DNA of 59,289 bases, counting the filler, from Dimargaris cristalligena (Eukaryota): NCBI GenBank assembly GCA_003614675.1. It is 8 parts of 8 records of this genome, joined end to end, with 100 filler letters (N's around TTAATTAATTAA, not from the genome) between each part and the next. Parts side by side here need not be neighbours in the genome. Positions count along the whole stretch, not along the records: positions 7,457 to 14,805 come from ML003424.1; positions 14,906 to 22,224 come from ML003425.1; positions 22,325 to 29,654 come from ML003426.1; 5 more parts are not named here. The stretch is one strand, 5' to 3'. The notes beneath the pieces were generated by a model that saw only the letters and a list, made by a program, of their open reading frames with translations, did not search any database and was not told the DNA's origin. Below, piece by piece: positions 13,049-25,600 of the stretch; positions within the stretch are counted from its first letter, which is position 1; each line of letters begins with the position of its first letter. The position numbers and the translations under genes were made by a program.

Positions 13049-14805
13049 GGTTGGTATGGTTAATGCCACTGTGAGATGTGGGCGCCCAGGGTATAAGCTA
13101 GATGGGGATGTGCAGCGACTAGAAAGGCCCACCGGAAAATAGAGGGTGGTTAAATAAGCAGTTGAGTCGGAGGGGGGATCTTTGGAAATCTAGATAATAA
13201 GGTAGGATTTAGGAGGGACTGGCGAATAAAAAGGAAGGGCCGTTGTGTAAGAAGGAAGCAGAGGGCTGTTATGAATAGACCCAAGCTAGACTGGATCAGA
13301 ATATAGGGCAAAGTGGGAGGGAGTCGGCTGGGTAAAAGGGCACGGGTGGTATAGGTGGTACGGGGGGGACTGAAACAGTAGCGGGCGTAGCTAGAGCGTC
13401 GGGTGGGCTAGGTGGCGAAGATGGGCACAGGTGCTATCAGTGTGTTGAAATAAGCCAGTGGTTTGCGGGTGGTAATACGGAGAAAAGCGGGCTAGCTGGG
13501 AGAGGATGGGGCCTTCTTCCTAAATAACCCAGATGCTATTTTACAGCCAACTAGAAGAGGCACAGTGGGCAGTGGGAAGTAAACAAAAAGCGGGGATGTA
13601 CAATAGCCGAGAGAGGGAATGGTTGGACGAGGTCTATAAAAACACGGCAGGAATGGCGTGGGCTTCTAAGGAGGATTGAAGTTAAAAGAATGAAGTAGTT
13701 GGAAAATGAATGACACGGGAAGGAAAGAGGCTGTGCTTGGGGCAAGGGCTAAAGGAAAGGTAAGGCATATAAAAGGGTCAGCAGTGGGCTATATGCATGC
13801 ATGTATAGAGAGATATACTAAGAACAGTAGCAGAGAGGTCAAATAATCAGGGCTTTGAAGAAGAAGCCCGCTTGCTTTGAACGGGAAAGAAAGAGTGCCC
13901 AGTACTTGTTGGTCTTCGGGGCATCTGTACGGGGCCCTGGCCTTCCTCTCCGAACTGATCACGAGTGGCAAAAAACCCAATGGGGGGCAATCCAGCCCAT
14001 GTATGTCCTCTCCGATAAGACAACTGTCACTCCTCAGTGGCTAACTGTGGACGACTCCGCTCAGGTCGAAGGAGAGAGAGGCGGGCGGGTTCGACCATAA
14101 CCGCAATTACTTAGGAGAGCACAGGGGCGTGAGCCATTGCTCCTGATACCGGAATGTGTCTACTACCCTCACTAACCCTAGTCCCATTTACCCCCCATCA
14201 CACGTCATGCTCCGCGCGAGATTAGCCTCCTTCGCTGCTGCTACTGGCTTCATAAACATACTAAGGAATCTTGTCCCGACTGGCGTTAATAGTGTCAATC
14301 CTGGACCAGGGGCACCCCCCTCCTCTATATTATGAGCCATACCAATTGCACCTCCGCGGGCCAGCATTCCCCCAGTGTCTGTAAATTCTCCTCCCCCCGT
14401 CTGCCCGACACCTCGCTAACCACGGTTTGGACGGAGTAGACTGTTCCCAGTATCCCATTCCCCCGGCCAATTTCAAGAAATAATAATAACAATAATAGTA
14501 ATACTGGGCATTTGATATTCTCACTAGTTGGTGTGCGTATCGCACGTTTCTTACATGCAGGGGCAGTTGCAATCCACTAATCTTCAGGGATATGGCTCCT
14601 TATCATCGACTGCCCGATACTACAACCTCCTCTAATTCAAACAATTTAAACCCCTTCCAATTAGTACTTTCTCAAGCTGCTATTTTTTTTATCATCACAC
14701 AAACCTCCTCATTCTCTTCTATCCATTTGGATTACCCGACTAGAGCTCTGGGCTCACTGTAAGCTACCTGGTTAATCCAATCACCCTTCATTCCATGCCT
14801 GCTTG

Positions 14806-14905
14806 NNNNNNNNNNNNNNNNNNNNNNNNNNNNNNNNNNNNNNNNNNNNTTAATTAATTAANNNNNNNNNNNNNNNNNNNNNNNNNNNNNNNNNNNNNNN
14901 NNNNN
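14806..14905. other. Artificial contig linker
   Basis: N44-TTAATTAATTAA-N44. Confidence 0.99.
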
Positions 14906-14956
14906 TCCCATACACAAATCATGTAAAACTTTATACAGCCGGCTTGAATTTCACCC
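14906..14956 (+). mobile_element. Right end of MITE-like element (same family as 38923-39063 and 56239-56374), cut by contig start
   Basis: TCCCATACAC...AAAAC.TTATACA...TTCACCC followed by ATAT, matching the right ends of the other copies. Confidence 0.65.
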
Positions 14957-17031
14957 ATATATAGCTGGCCAAAAAATAAAGACTGCACGCCTCCAACAGA
15001 ACAGCGAAATGCAGAAGCCGATCATTTAGAGATAGTCACAGTTATAATCAAGAATGCTACGATCCCTGCCTAAGGCTAGGCTTAAGCCACCAATTACAGG
15101 CCACCACGGCCCAGTTGGGTTGAAGATGGAATAGTGACGCTAATTTACGAGGGCCTCTTAACCAAGAACGGCCTCCAGATCGACCTGGAGTCTATAAAGC
15201 TGGCGTCGACGGTCGATTAAAGCAGCGGCGGGTTATGCTTAAACAATGGTACTAGAATCCCTTGGATCCTAGAATCGAAGAATAGTAGAATAATCACGAA
15301 CTAGGGAGGGGCGGTGTGCGAATAAGGTAAATAGCCGCCGATCCCTCGCACCCTGTGTGTGGTTTATTCTTCTGGATGTCTTAGCGCGCTGTTCTGGAGG
15401 GAGATGGATAGATTGGGAGTGTTGGAGCAACTTTAAGCCACAACTCCTCACACTCCCGTGTGGTAAACTAAATACTGGGCGTAATGGTATTGAGTGCTTA
15501 ATAATGCTTTCCCACTGAGAGTATTTGGCGACTGGCTTATACCGCGACTGCCGCTGTCGCAGTGTCGTCAGGTAGTTAGTAGAACTCCTGTGTTAGTTTC
15601 CAGCTGCACGTCTTATCTGTTGGCATCCTTTCGTTACTCAGGGAATACCTTGTTGGTGGGAATTCGTCAAGTCGGGGATAGTAGCCGCCTTGGCGTAGTG
15701 GCGATTGTGGACTGCTAGGCCAATAGATAGCATGAGTATCGTTTAATAAGCAGAAAGGATGCAGCAGCTCATTTGGGCCCATCGGGAAGAGCGACGTCAT
15801 GCTTTACTCGACTGGGCTTGGCTTAGGTCAACAGTGCCCCCGCCACGTTCATTGTCATTGATCAAACGGGCCCGAAGCAACAGGGAATGGTGTGAATGTA
15901 AGGTGGAGGGACCCTTGTTCGTTGCTCTGCGATGTAGGCGCATACACCCAACACCTACACACCTCCCCTTTAGTCATGCATTTATTCACCTATCACTCTG
16001 GCTACATATAAGTATCGGCCTTCGGCCGTCGTTTCCGACCTATCTTCTACTTCTCATTTGTTTACCATCCATTCGCCGGGTCTTTCCCCTTATTTCCCCA
16101 TTTACATGTAAGTTCTCCCTACTGCCCATCCCCCTAGTATCCGCCAACTTATCCATCCCCATTTCTACCGCCCAGTATTGGGCGAGCCCTCGCGGTTATT
16201 ATAAGTAGGTAGGTGACTGGCTCTATACTACTGTTGCCCCGGTTTTCCATATCCCTTTGGCTAACCAACCCACTCTCTGAACTCGACTCCATTAATTATA
16301 CTGTTCGCCATTTATTACCTGCTGCAGAGGCTCTGCTTATCCGATTACTACTATTCGCCATCAAGTCTTATCGTGCATATCATCAGCGCATTCAACCTCC
16401 CCATTACACCAGTTCATTGGTTATTTCCCTTAAACAAAAAACATTCCCCTATCCCTGATTAGTGCTAGTAAGTCAAATCCCTTAAACTACCTTTTATTCG
16501 CACTGTACTGGCGTGGTGAGAGAGCCCCGCGTTGATGCCACCTTTTAATGATTGGGCACAGAGGTGGTGGAGGAGGGGGCGGTCGTTGGGGGAATTGAGC
16601 AACACCCACTTGTACTAGTGGTTTTCTCTATCCCCCCTACTTACTTGCCCTTGGGATAAGGAGGTGGAGGTCCAGGAAGAGTCGAGTATGTTAGGGAGGA
16701 ACTCCCAGGAATAGCCTAGTAATTAAGCTTTATCGGAGTTCCTTTTTACCATACTCTCTCTCTTTCTTTATTTCCATTTTCCCTTCAACTCCTGCCTCTA
16801 CTATACAGAGGCATACTACTCCCCTCATCTCGGTTACCCTTCGCACTGAGCTGCCTTTATCTTAGGAACCGCCCTCTATTGCCCCGTATCTCGTTTCATT
16901 GTTTGTAGGAGGTCCAGTAGTGTGCTAATTGTCCTCCACCACTGTTCCACACCACCCATTCCCATTCCCATTCACCTACCTACCCCCTCGTTTCCCACGG
17001 CCCCTCCACCCTTAATAGCATTTTGACTACC

Positions 17032-20000
17032 ATGTCCTCCGCCGAGCAAAAGCACATCCGAGAGCGCTTGGACTACTATTACCGAGCCTCCCAGGCCATT
17101 ATCCTGAGCCGCCAAAACCCCAACACTGGTCTCATTCCCGCTTCCGTGGCCGTTACCACGCATGGCGACTATCGTGACGCTTGGGTCAGGTAAATAACGC
17201 CTTGTGCTACATTCCACTATATTTGCCCAGTTTATCCTCAGTAACAATACTGCGTGGGGTATCACCGCGGTACATTGTCCAATTCCCTCATCGCTGTTCA
17301 GGTCATTTACATCCAATTTATCTGTTTTATATTCCACGCCACCAGAGATAATGTGTACTCCATCATGAGCGTTTTTGGTCTGGCTCTGGCCTACCGTCGT
17401 ATCGACGACGAAATGGGCCGGGCTTATGAGTTAGAGCACGCCACTATTAAGTTGATGCGCGGCCTACTCTTCAGCATGATGCGCCAGTCCGGTAAGGTGG
17501 AGACCTTCAAGTACACCCTGGCCCTGACCGACTCCCTCCACGCCAAGTACAACACCAACACTGGTGATACCGTGGTGGGGGACAACGAGTGGGGTCATTT
17601 GCAAGTGGACGCCACCAGTTTATTCCTACTGATGCTGGCCCAGATGACTGCCGCTGGGTTCCAGATTATCTACACCCTCGATGAAGTGGACTTTATCCAA
17701 AATCTGGTCTTCTATGTGGAGCGGGCCTACCGTACCCCCGACTACGGTATTTGGGAACGGGGTAACAAGGTCAACCATGGTGAACCCGAACTCAATTCCT
17801 CGTCCATCGGAATCGTCGTGGCTGCTCTCCAGGCCATCAGCGGGCTCAACCTGTTTGGCCCCCGTGGCGGCCCATCCTCCGTGATCCACGTTCTTCCCGA
17901 CGAAGTCACTCGCAATTCCATGATTCTGCACTCCGCCCTTCCTCGTGAATCGTTCTCTAAAGAAATCGATTCGGCCCTTTTGCCCGTAATTGGGTACCCC
18001 GCTTATGCCGTAGCCGACGAAGAAGTGATCAAAAAGACCCGTCAGGAGATTATAACCAAGCTACGTGGCAAGTACGGCTGCAAACGGTTCCTGCGTGATG
18101 GTCATCAGGCGGTCCTTGAAGACACCTCCCGGTTGTACTACGACCCGCAGGAGTTGCGGATGTTCGAAAACATTGAGTGCGAGTGGCCCCTCTTCTTCAC
18201 TTACTTTATCCTGGACGGTCTATTCCGCGGGGATACGGCCATGGTCGAAGAGTACCGTGATGCCATCCGTCCCCTATTAATCGATTCCACCACCCTGACC
18301 GATTTCCAGGATATGCCCAGCATAACCACCCCTATTATTACCAAGACTCCCCCCCGCAACTCCCCCAAGTCCCCGCGACTGACCCGGGAGACCTTCCACT
18401 TGATTCCAGAAATCTATTATGTACCGCAGGAATCGGTCGAAGCCGAAAAGGCCAACCCCCACTCGCAGGTCCGCCTTCCCAACGACAACGTACCCCTGGT
18501 CTGGGCCAACTCCCTGTACATGCTGGGCAATTTGGTCCACGAGAAACTTGTATCCACCGCCGAACTGGACCCCCTGGGTCGCCGCTTCTATGCCAGCCGG
18601 GCCGACAACCGGGATACGGTGGTCCAAATCTCCCTACTTACTGAGGACGAGTCCCTGCAGGCCAAACTGGCCACCTTCGGCCTCGAAACTCAGACCCTAG
18701 ATCAAATGGGTAGTGTGACCATCTGTCCGCCCTCAGCCCTCCAGGAGGTGTATACTACCTTGGGCATGAATGAAAAGCTGGGCCTTTCCGGTCGTCCCCC
18801 GCGTCCGGTGGGCACCTTGAGTACCTGTCGCCTCTACCGGGTCCAGGGTCGTCTCTACGCATTTGTGCCCCATTTCCTGGACAAGCAGGAGTTCTACTTG
18901 TCGTCTGACAATGATTACCTGGTCTCCGTCATCGAGAGCCAGCTTTCCTTCGTTCAGCGCCACTGGACTTTCTCAGGCCGCCCGACCTTGGTCATTTTAC
19001 TGACCCACCAAATGTTCAACCAGAGCTACCCCCAGTCGTGGATGGCCAACCGCATCCCTACCGCAGTCGATGACTCCTCCAGCGGAAAACCCGGCCAAAG
19101 TGACCGCCTATTCACCGGGAGCCAGCGCCACTTGTTGCACTTTATCATGAATCTACGCAGCGGCAGGTGCTGCAACGGCACGGTGCGCGTGCGCTTGGGT
19201 AACTTGGGCGAGATGGTCCCCACTAGCTCCATCGAGAGCCTGGATTTTCTGGTCAACAAGAACGACGTGGACTGGCTGGGTGTCCTCCGTGGCTGCCCGA
19301 CCATTTCGCGATCTGCCAGCAGTTCGCGTCTGCGTGAATTCGGCAAGTCCCCCGCCGCCACTCCCGGTCGTGGTCTGCGTCGTAATGCCTCGTTCTTTAA
19401 TACCAATTCGGGCCTCAAGACTCCGGTTGAGAAGAAGGAGGCGGATGGCTATTTCCCGCTGGCCCAAGAACTGCGTAAGCGCTTCAACTTTAAGCTTCTC
19501 GACCCCGAGTTCCCTAGCGAATTGTCGGTCTCAAGCACCGCTGCTCCCGCCACAAACTCGGCCGTGGCCTTGGCCGATGACCTGATGGCCTTGGGATTAG
19601 AACCCGCTCCCAGTATGAGTATCGACGAGGTTGACTATGCGCAGTCCTCCCCCCCGACCGCCAGCTCCCCTAGTTTAGAGAATCTCTCTTTGACCCTGGG
19701 CGATCCATCAGAAGTGCCACAGGCCATTGGCATGCTCAGCGTGGCCAATAACCTCCTGGATCAGATGGATTTGCTTCACTACCTCTACTCCTGTCATGGT
19801 CTCAAGTACTACGTGGAGGCCTTTGACGCCACGGTTCACGAACTCATCGAGGAGGTGTATATGAAGGCCCAGTACCTCAAACTCTGGGGGGTTGTGCGCC
19901 AGGCCGCCGGTGTTCTAGGTAAGGTGGTCAACAACCTCCTGACCATCTGTATCACCGACTTGGTGGTGCGTCTGAAACAGGTGTCCATTGGCCATGGCGA

Positions 20001-21588
20001 TAACGAGACTACCATTTCCTGTCCCGTGCCTCCGGATGCCATCAACGATATTTTGACCAACTGCTGTAACGAGGACGTCCGTGAGATCCCCCTGGTCCAA
20101 GAGGTCATCATCAATTTGGCTGACCTCATCCAGGCGAAGCCCAACATGTTCGATGGACTTATGAGACTGCGCACCCACAATATCATCATTGCTTTGCGCG
20201 AAGAAATCTCCCGCCTGCGCGGCTGCGATGAGGAAGAGGCCCTGGATACCCTTCTGGAAATGAGTCCTTTCGAACTCAAGATTCTTATCACCACTGTCCT
20301 GAGTGGCCCTAGCCTGAGCAAAACCAATATTCATAGTTTGGTACACGCCGAAGGTAAAGCAACGACCAGCGATACGAAGGTGCGGGGTTGGCGCAATGTG
20401 AATGTTAACGCCGTGAGCGGGGATCGGTCCGATATCTTTTCCAGTGATAAAAATGAACTGAGCATTTCGGTTCAGTCAGCTGGCTTCCAGTCAGGTAACT
20501 TTGCACGGATTGATATTAACCGAGTGAATATCCCAGTAACCAACCGGGGTATCAACCTAGTGGTGGTAGACCCAGTCGAGAGTGTTGTGGCCGAGACTAT
20601 TTCTTTTGATACCCACTTGTCCGATGCCGATTCACAAGAACTAGCTGAATTTTTGACCAACATCGAACCCCACATGGTTGTGATATTGGTGGTGAAGGAC
20701 GACTGTGCCGAACGCTTCACCCCCGAAGCCCGCCAGGCCTGTGAACTTATTGGCAGCCGGGCCGTGCACAAGGTAGGCTACCGCGACTCGTGGTGCCTAG
20801 TGGGGTACAAGGGGGCCCGCCCCGACCATGTGGCTGAGCTACACCGTGTCGCTACCCAGGGTCCCACCGATATGCTCCACATTCGCTACCCTTTGGCTGA
20901 GCTGCGCCAATTGGCCCAGCAAACGACTACGGCGACGCTACCAAATCCCCTCACTAAGAGCGCTGCTGGGGGCCGCTGGCTGCGGAGACGCAAGAATGAT
21001 GGTGCGCTCAACCGGGTGCCATCTGATTTTTATCCTCGCGTGTGGAAAGTCCTTGCCAAGTGCTACGGTATCATGGTGCAGAATGAGTTCCTGCCCCGCG
21101 ACCCTCTGGTGTACGAAAAGACCCCAGAGGAACCCAATTTCGCATACCGTGTGGAATCCTTCCTGGGCGTGACCCAGGACCCTGCTGAGCGCCAAATCGC
21201 AGTTGAATGTCTTATGACCCTGTCGTTCCTCCAGCATACCCACCCTGACGCGGGCGCAGGCCTGCGCCCTCAAGACCAGGGCGAGGAGGTCATCAATTTA
21301 ACCCAGATCTTCAAAGATGCCTTGGCGGCATTTTGGCAGCAGTGGTGCCAGAAACACGCTAATGGAGCTGACCAATCGGCTTCGTTGGCCGAGCTTCCCT
21401 ATGACGACCGGCTCGCTCGTAGCCTCTTTTACGATTTGCCCACTACGGCCGAATTCGGCACTGTGTACTACCTAGCTCGTAGCGCACTGACCCATATCGA
21501 TGCTGGCCAAGCTGAGTCATACGCTCGCGAATGTGTGCTGCACTACGGTCAGTGGGAGGGCGAGAGCTTTCCCATCTGCTTTTCTTAA
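17032..21588 (+). CDS. Phosphorylase kinase regulatory subunit alpha/beta-like protein (GH15-like domain) with an ILEI/PANDER-like domain; exons 17032-17189 and 17346-21588
   Basis: ILSRQNPNTGLIPAS, AWVRDNVYSI (across the intron), WGHLQVDATSLFLLMLAQMT, AYRTPDYGIWERG, LPRES.SKEID, GKYGCKRFLRDGHQ, FENIECEWPLF, WLRRRK.DGALNRVP..FY, P..RQ..VE.L are PHKA/PHKB family motifs. Confidence 0.92.
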
Positions 21589-22224
21589 ATTATACGCCCT
21601 CCATCCTACCTTATGAGTTGGATTGGGATGGCTTTAACATTATTTATTTTGCCTAGATCTTAGCTGGCATCTGCCCTCCCACCGCTTTGATCAGGTCTCT
21701 ATTTTCCCGCCGATTTAGTAAACTGAGTGGTTATACTTGGTTAAGTGGGGCTATCACCCATACCTATATCGTCTAGTTGTCCGTTCCCGTATTAAATAGC
21801 CGTTAGCTCAGTATGAATACAAATACAGTATTGAAGTCTAAAGTCCTGTATTTTTACATACGGTGGAATATAAAAACGTAAAATAGTAAGAAAGATATGA
21901 GGGGATAAGCAAATAATATTATCAAAACGGTATACACGTGTAGCCCAAAAATCGGACTTTTAATCTTACGGCTGAGTTGCGCTTGCCCCATATTCGATGG
22001 TATGGTGCTGCAGAGTGCAGGTAACTGGATGTATATTTAATTACCTGATTCCTTTACAAATTAGAACCCATTTATCAACGTAAAGCATAGCTCCTTTAAT
22101 CATACTCTATCAATTCATCCTGTAAAACCAATTATTCATCAAACAATATCATATATTTTATCAGTCCTATTCATTTCGTTACCAGAAAAACGACAAAAAA
22201 CATCAACCATTCGATTATTATATC

Positions 22225-22324
22225 NNNNNNNNNNNNNNNNNNNNNNNNNNNNNNNNNNNNNNNNNNNNTTAATTAATTAANNNNNNNNNNNNNNNNNNNN
22301 NNNNNNNNNNNNNNNNNNNNNNNN
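22225..22324. other. Artificial contig linker
   Basis: N44-TTAATTAATTAA-N44. Confidence 0.99.
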
Positions 22325-22590
22325 ACCACCCCCCTCCACCAGCCCTCCACTCAACACCTCCAAATCGGGGTCGTTTAAGCCATTTCTGGATCATCCTTCA
22401 ATTCGAAGGCGCGTCAGTCAAGGGTGAGAAGTGCAAGGTGCGTGTTAGTGTAGCCTGAAGGAGGTGGACCTTGCATACCGTTACCTGAAGTGCAGTTCTT
22501 CGGAGTGCCCTCCCCACAGTAGTCCCAGCTTGCTGGGATGCGAAGCACCCGAAGGGCTACGAGGAGAGGTCACGTAGATGAACGGAACGT

Positions 22591-22650
22591 AAGGTATAAG
22601 GTTTGCAACTTGCAGGCCCACCGGTCAGGCGAAACGTGCGCACCTGGAAC
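22591..22650 (+). repeat. Left arm of inverted repeat flanking the array
   Basis: AAGGTATAAGGTTTGCAACTTGCAGG (22591-22616) is the exact reverse complement of 29628-29653; imperfect similarity continues about 35 bp inward. Confidence 0.9.
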
Positions 22651-22654
22651 GTCG

Positions 22655-25600
22655 TAAGCGAAGCGACCTCGTGCATAGGAGACCAGCAGCCAGGATCGGT
22701 AGTAAGTGAAGAGGGGGTGGATAGTGTAGGACTGAAGCCCTTGGGGGCCCCTTTAGGGGAGGCGTAAGGACGGAGCGTGCCCCCTCGTAACGACCTCGTG
22801 CAAGTGATCAACATGGAGTAGGGCAGTCATGAATGAACATGAGACACCCACGAGGTGGCTCCCTGCAACGATCATCAGTAAGCAAAGCGACATACTGGCT
22901 GAGACAGCCACAGCTGGCTCAATGCAGCGATAATTATTAGGAATTGGCAGGGTTCACGTAATAGTTACTCAGCAACATGAGACGGCCATAGTCGGCTCCT
23001 TCTAGCGGTGGTACTAAGCGAAGCGACCTCGTGCAGCTTGAATTTAAATAATCAGCAGGGTTGACGTTATCGTCATGAACATTACCAAAGGAGCCAGCTG
23101 TGGCTGTCTCAAGCAGCTATAATTATTAGATTACTTACCCGAGACACCCACGAGGTGGCTCCTAGTAACGGCGGTATTAAGCGAAGCGACACCTTGCAAC
23201 TCGAGTCAATAGTCATCATTATCAACGTCACCCTCATCACTCAACGGTGCGACCATGGTTTAAATGACTCCAAGGGAGCCAGCTGTGGCTGTCTCAACAA
23301 TTAGTAGTGAGCTTAGCGACTCCGTTATTCAACCTGCAGCATCAGTTTAAATGTGAGACCTCATCACTATTGTCATTCTAACCATCACCAGTAAGCGAAG
23401 CAACCCGATTCATCCAACCGTTCAACATTGAGTTATAATGTTCAACAATGGGGCGGTGATGGTAAGCGAAGCGACCTGTGCATCATGAATTAGTAATACA
23501 CCTGATACACCCACGAGGTGTCTCATCTGTGAGACCTTCAGGATTAGCCAGGAGCCAGCTGTGGCTGTCTTAATAAATTCATGTTCAACCGTGCAGCCTT
23601 CATTTAAATGAAAGATGGCCACCGTCATCATAAGGGGTTAGCCTAGGGAGCCAGCTGTGGCTGTCTCAACACCGTAAGTTCCTATTCAACCTGCAGCGAT
23701 GATCTGTAATAAACTACCTGAGACGGCCACAGGCGGCTCAACAGTATAGAACTCGGTAAGCGAAGCGACACGTGCAACATGAGCTTATAGGAGGGAATAA
23801 TATACGAATGAACGATGCCCTGAAGCTTCAGAGTTGAGAACGAGAAAATGACGTCAAGCGGAGCGACACTACATCAAGAGTTACCCAGCTGCAACCCTGA
23901 CTATCAATGATTCACCTGTAACGCATCACCGTCACCATCAACAGGTAGCAAGAGGAGCCAGCGGGGTTCACATCATGGGGTCACCGTGCAGCAAGGATTG
24001 CTAATAAGCTACCCGAGACGGCCACAGGCGGCTCAATGTAGCGGGGGTAGTTCATAAGCATAAAACGATGCTGCGACGGCCACAGGCGGCGCCCTCTCGT
24101 TAATTCAGTAAGCGAAGCGACACCTTGCTCATGCAACCTGCAGCCGTCATCATCAATAAGCGACAGGTCCCTCCTGAGTCATTTCAGTACAACCATCAAC
24201 ATCATGTAGCAATAGGGAGCCAGCTGTGGCTGTCTCAACCGTGCAGCGATGATTAGTAAGTGACCTGAGACGGCCACAGTCGGCTCATTCAATCGGTGAT
24301 ATTAAGCGGAGCGACTCGGGTATCATCACGTTCCACCTGCAGCCAGGATTATGAATCAACATAATCGTCATCATCGTCAACATGATCACCACCCTCAACA
24401 TCAATCGTAACCCTCACCATCAACACCTTCAGGTTCAACCTTCAAAGATGATTAATCAACCTGAGACACTCACGAGGTGACTCCATTCGATCGTACTCAA
24501 TAAGCGAAGCGACTCGTTCACCAAGAGTTACCAACCGTGCAGCATTGATTGTGAATCACCTGAGACGGACATATCTAACGGATTCAGTAAGCGAAGCGAC
24601 CTCGTGCAGATCCACCAATGGAATCATCATAAACGTCATCCACCTCGACAAGTTAGCCAGCGGGGTTGACATAATGAGGGTCACCCATGCAGCAAGGAAC
24701 TATAACTTAGTACGATTAGACGAGCAGCCAGTAGCTCCGCAATGAGACCGTCATCAACAGGGCTTATTCAACCGTTATCTAAATGAGTGACTCCCTAGTG
24801 GTGATATTCTAAACCTAAGGGTCCCAAGAGGTCATCGAACTCAGTAAGCGAAGCGACATCGTGCAACATGGGTCAGTTATCCTCCTCATCATCAACAATA
24901 AGCGAAGCGACCTCGTGCACATTCAACCTGCAGCTTTAATTTAAATATGAGACCTGAAACGAATATGAATAGAAAGAAGAGCCAGCTGTGGCTGTCTCAA
25001 CACCAGTAAGTTCAACCGTGCAGCGGTGATCTTTAATGCTACCCGAGACACCCACGAGGTGGCTCCTTCCATTCATCATAATAAGCGAAGCGACATCTTG
25101 TTCATCAACCTGCAGTACTAATCTAACTGAGTAACCTGAGACGGCTATAATCATCTTTATTATAACCGTCACCCACTTCGACAGGGGAGCCGCCTAGGCC
25201 GTCTCAACGTTCAGCCTTGATTAGTAAAGGTACCTGATAAGCGAAGCGACCTTTATTCACGATCGACCTACAACCCTGGTCTATAATCCACCTGAGACAC
25301 CCACGAGGTGGCTCCCTTCAGCACTAGTTGATAAGCGAAGCGACCCCTTGCTCATTCCACCTTCAACCATAATCTTTAACATGTTCCACCCGAGACGGCC
25401 ACAGACGGCTCCCTAGATTCCTGATGTTAAGCGAAGCCCCATCGTGTTCATCAACCTGCAGCCCTGATTAATAAGCGGAGCGACATCGTGCAACGAAGGG
25501 TGTCACCATCAACATCGCTAAACATTAGCACCATCATGAGTAATCGACTTAGCTTAATTCAACGGTGCAGCCATGATATTTAATTAAACCTGAGACGGCC

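Noticed and set aside
11136-21273. Antisense and alternate-frame ORFs within BEM1 and the PHK-like gene
   Set aside because: Shadow ORFs produced by GC-rich codon usage.
21574-21588. CaaX farnesylation motif as in animal PHKA/PHKB
   Set aside because: The protein ends PICFS*, so Cys is third from the end; not a canonical CaaX.
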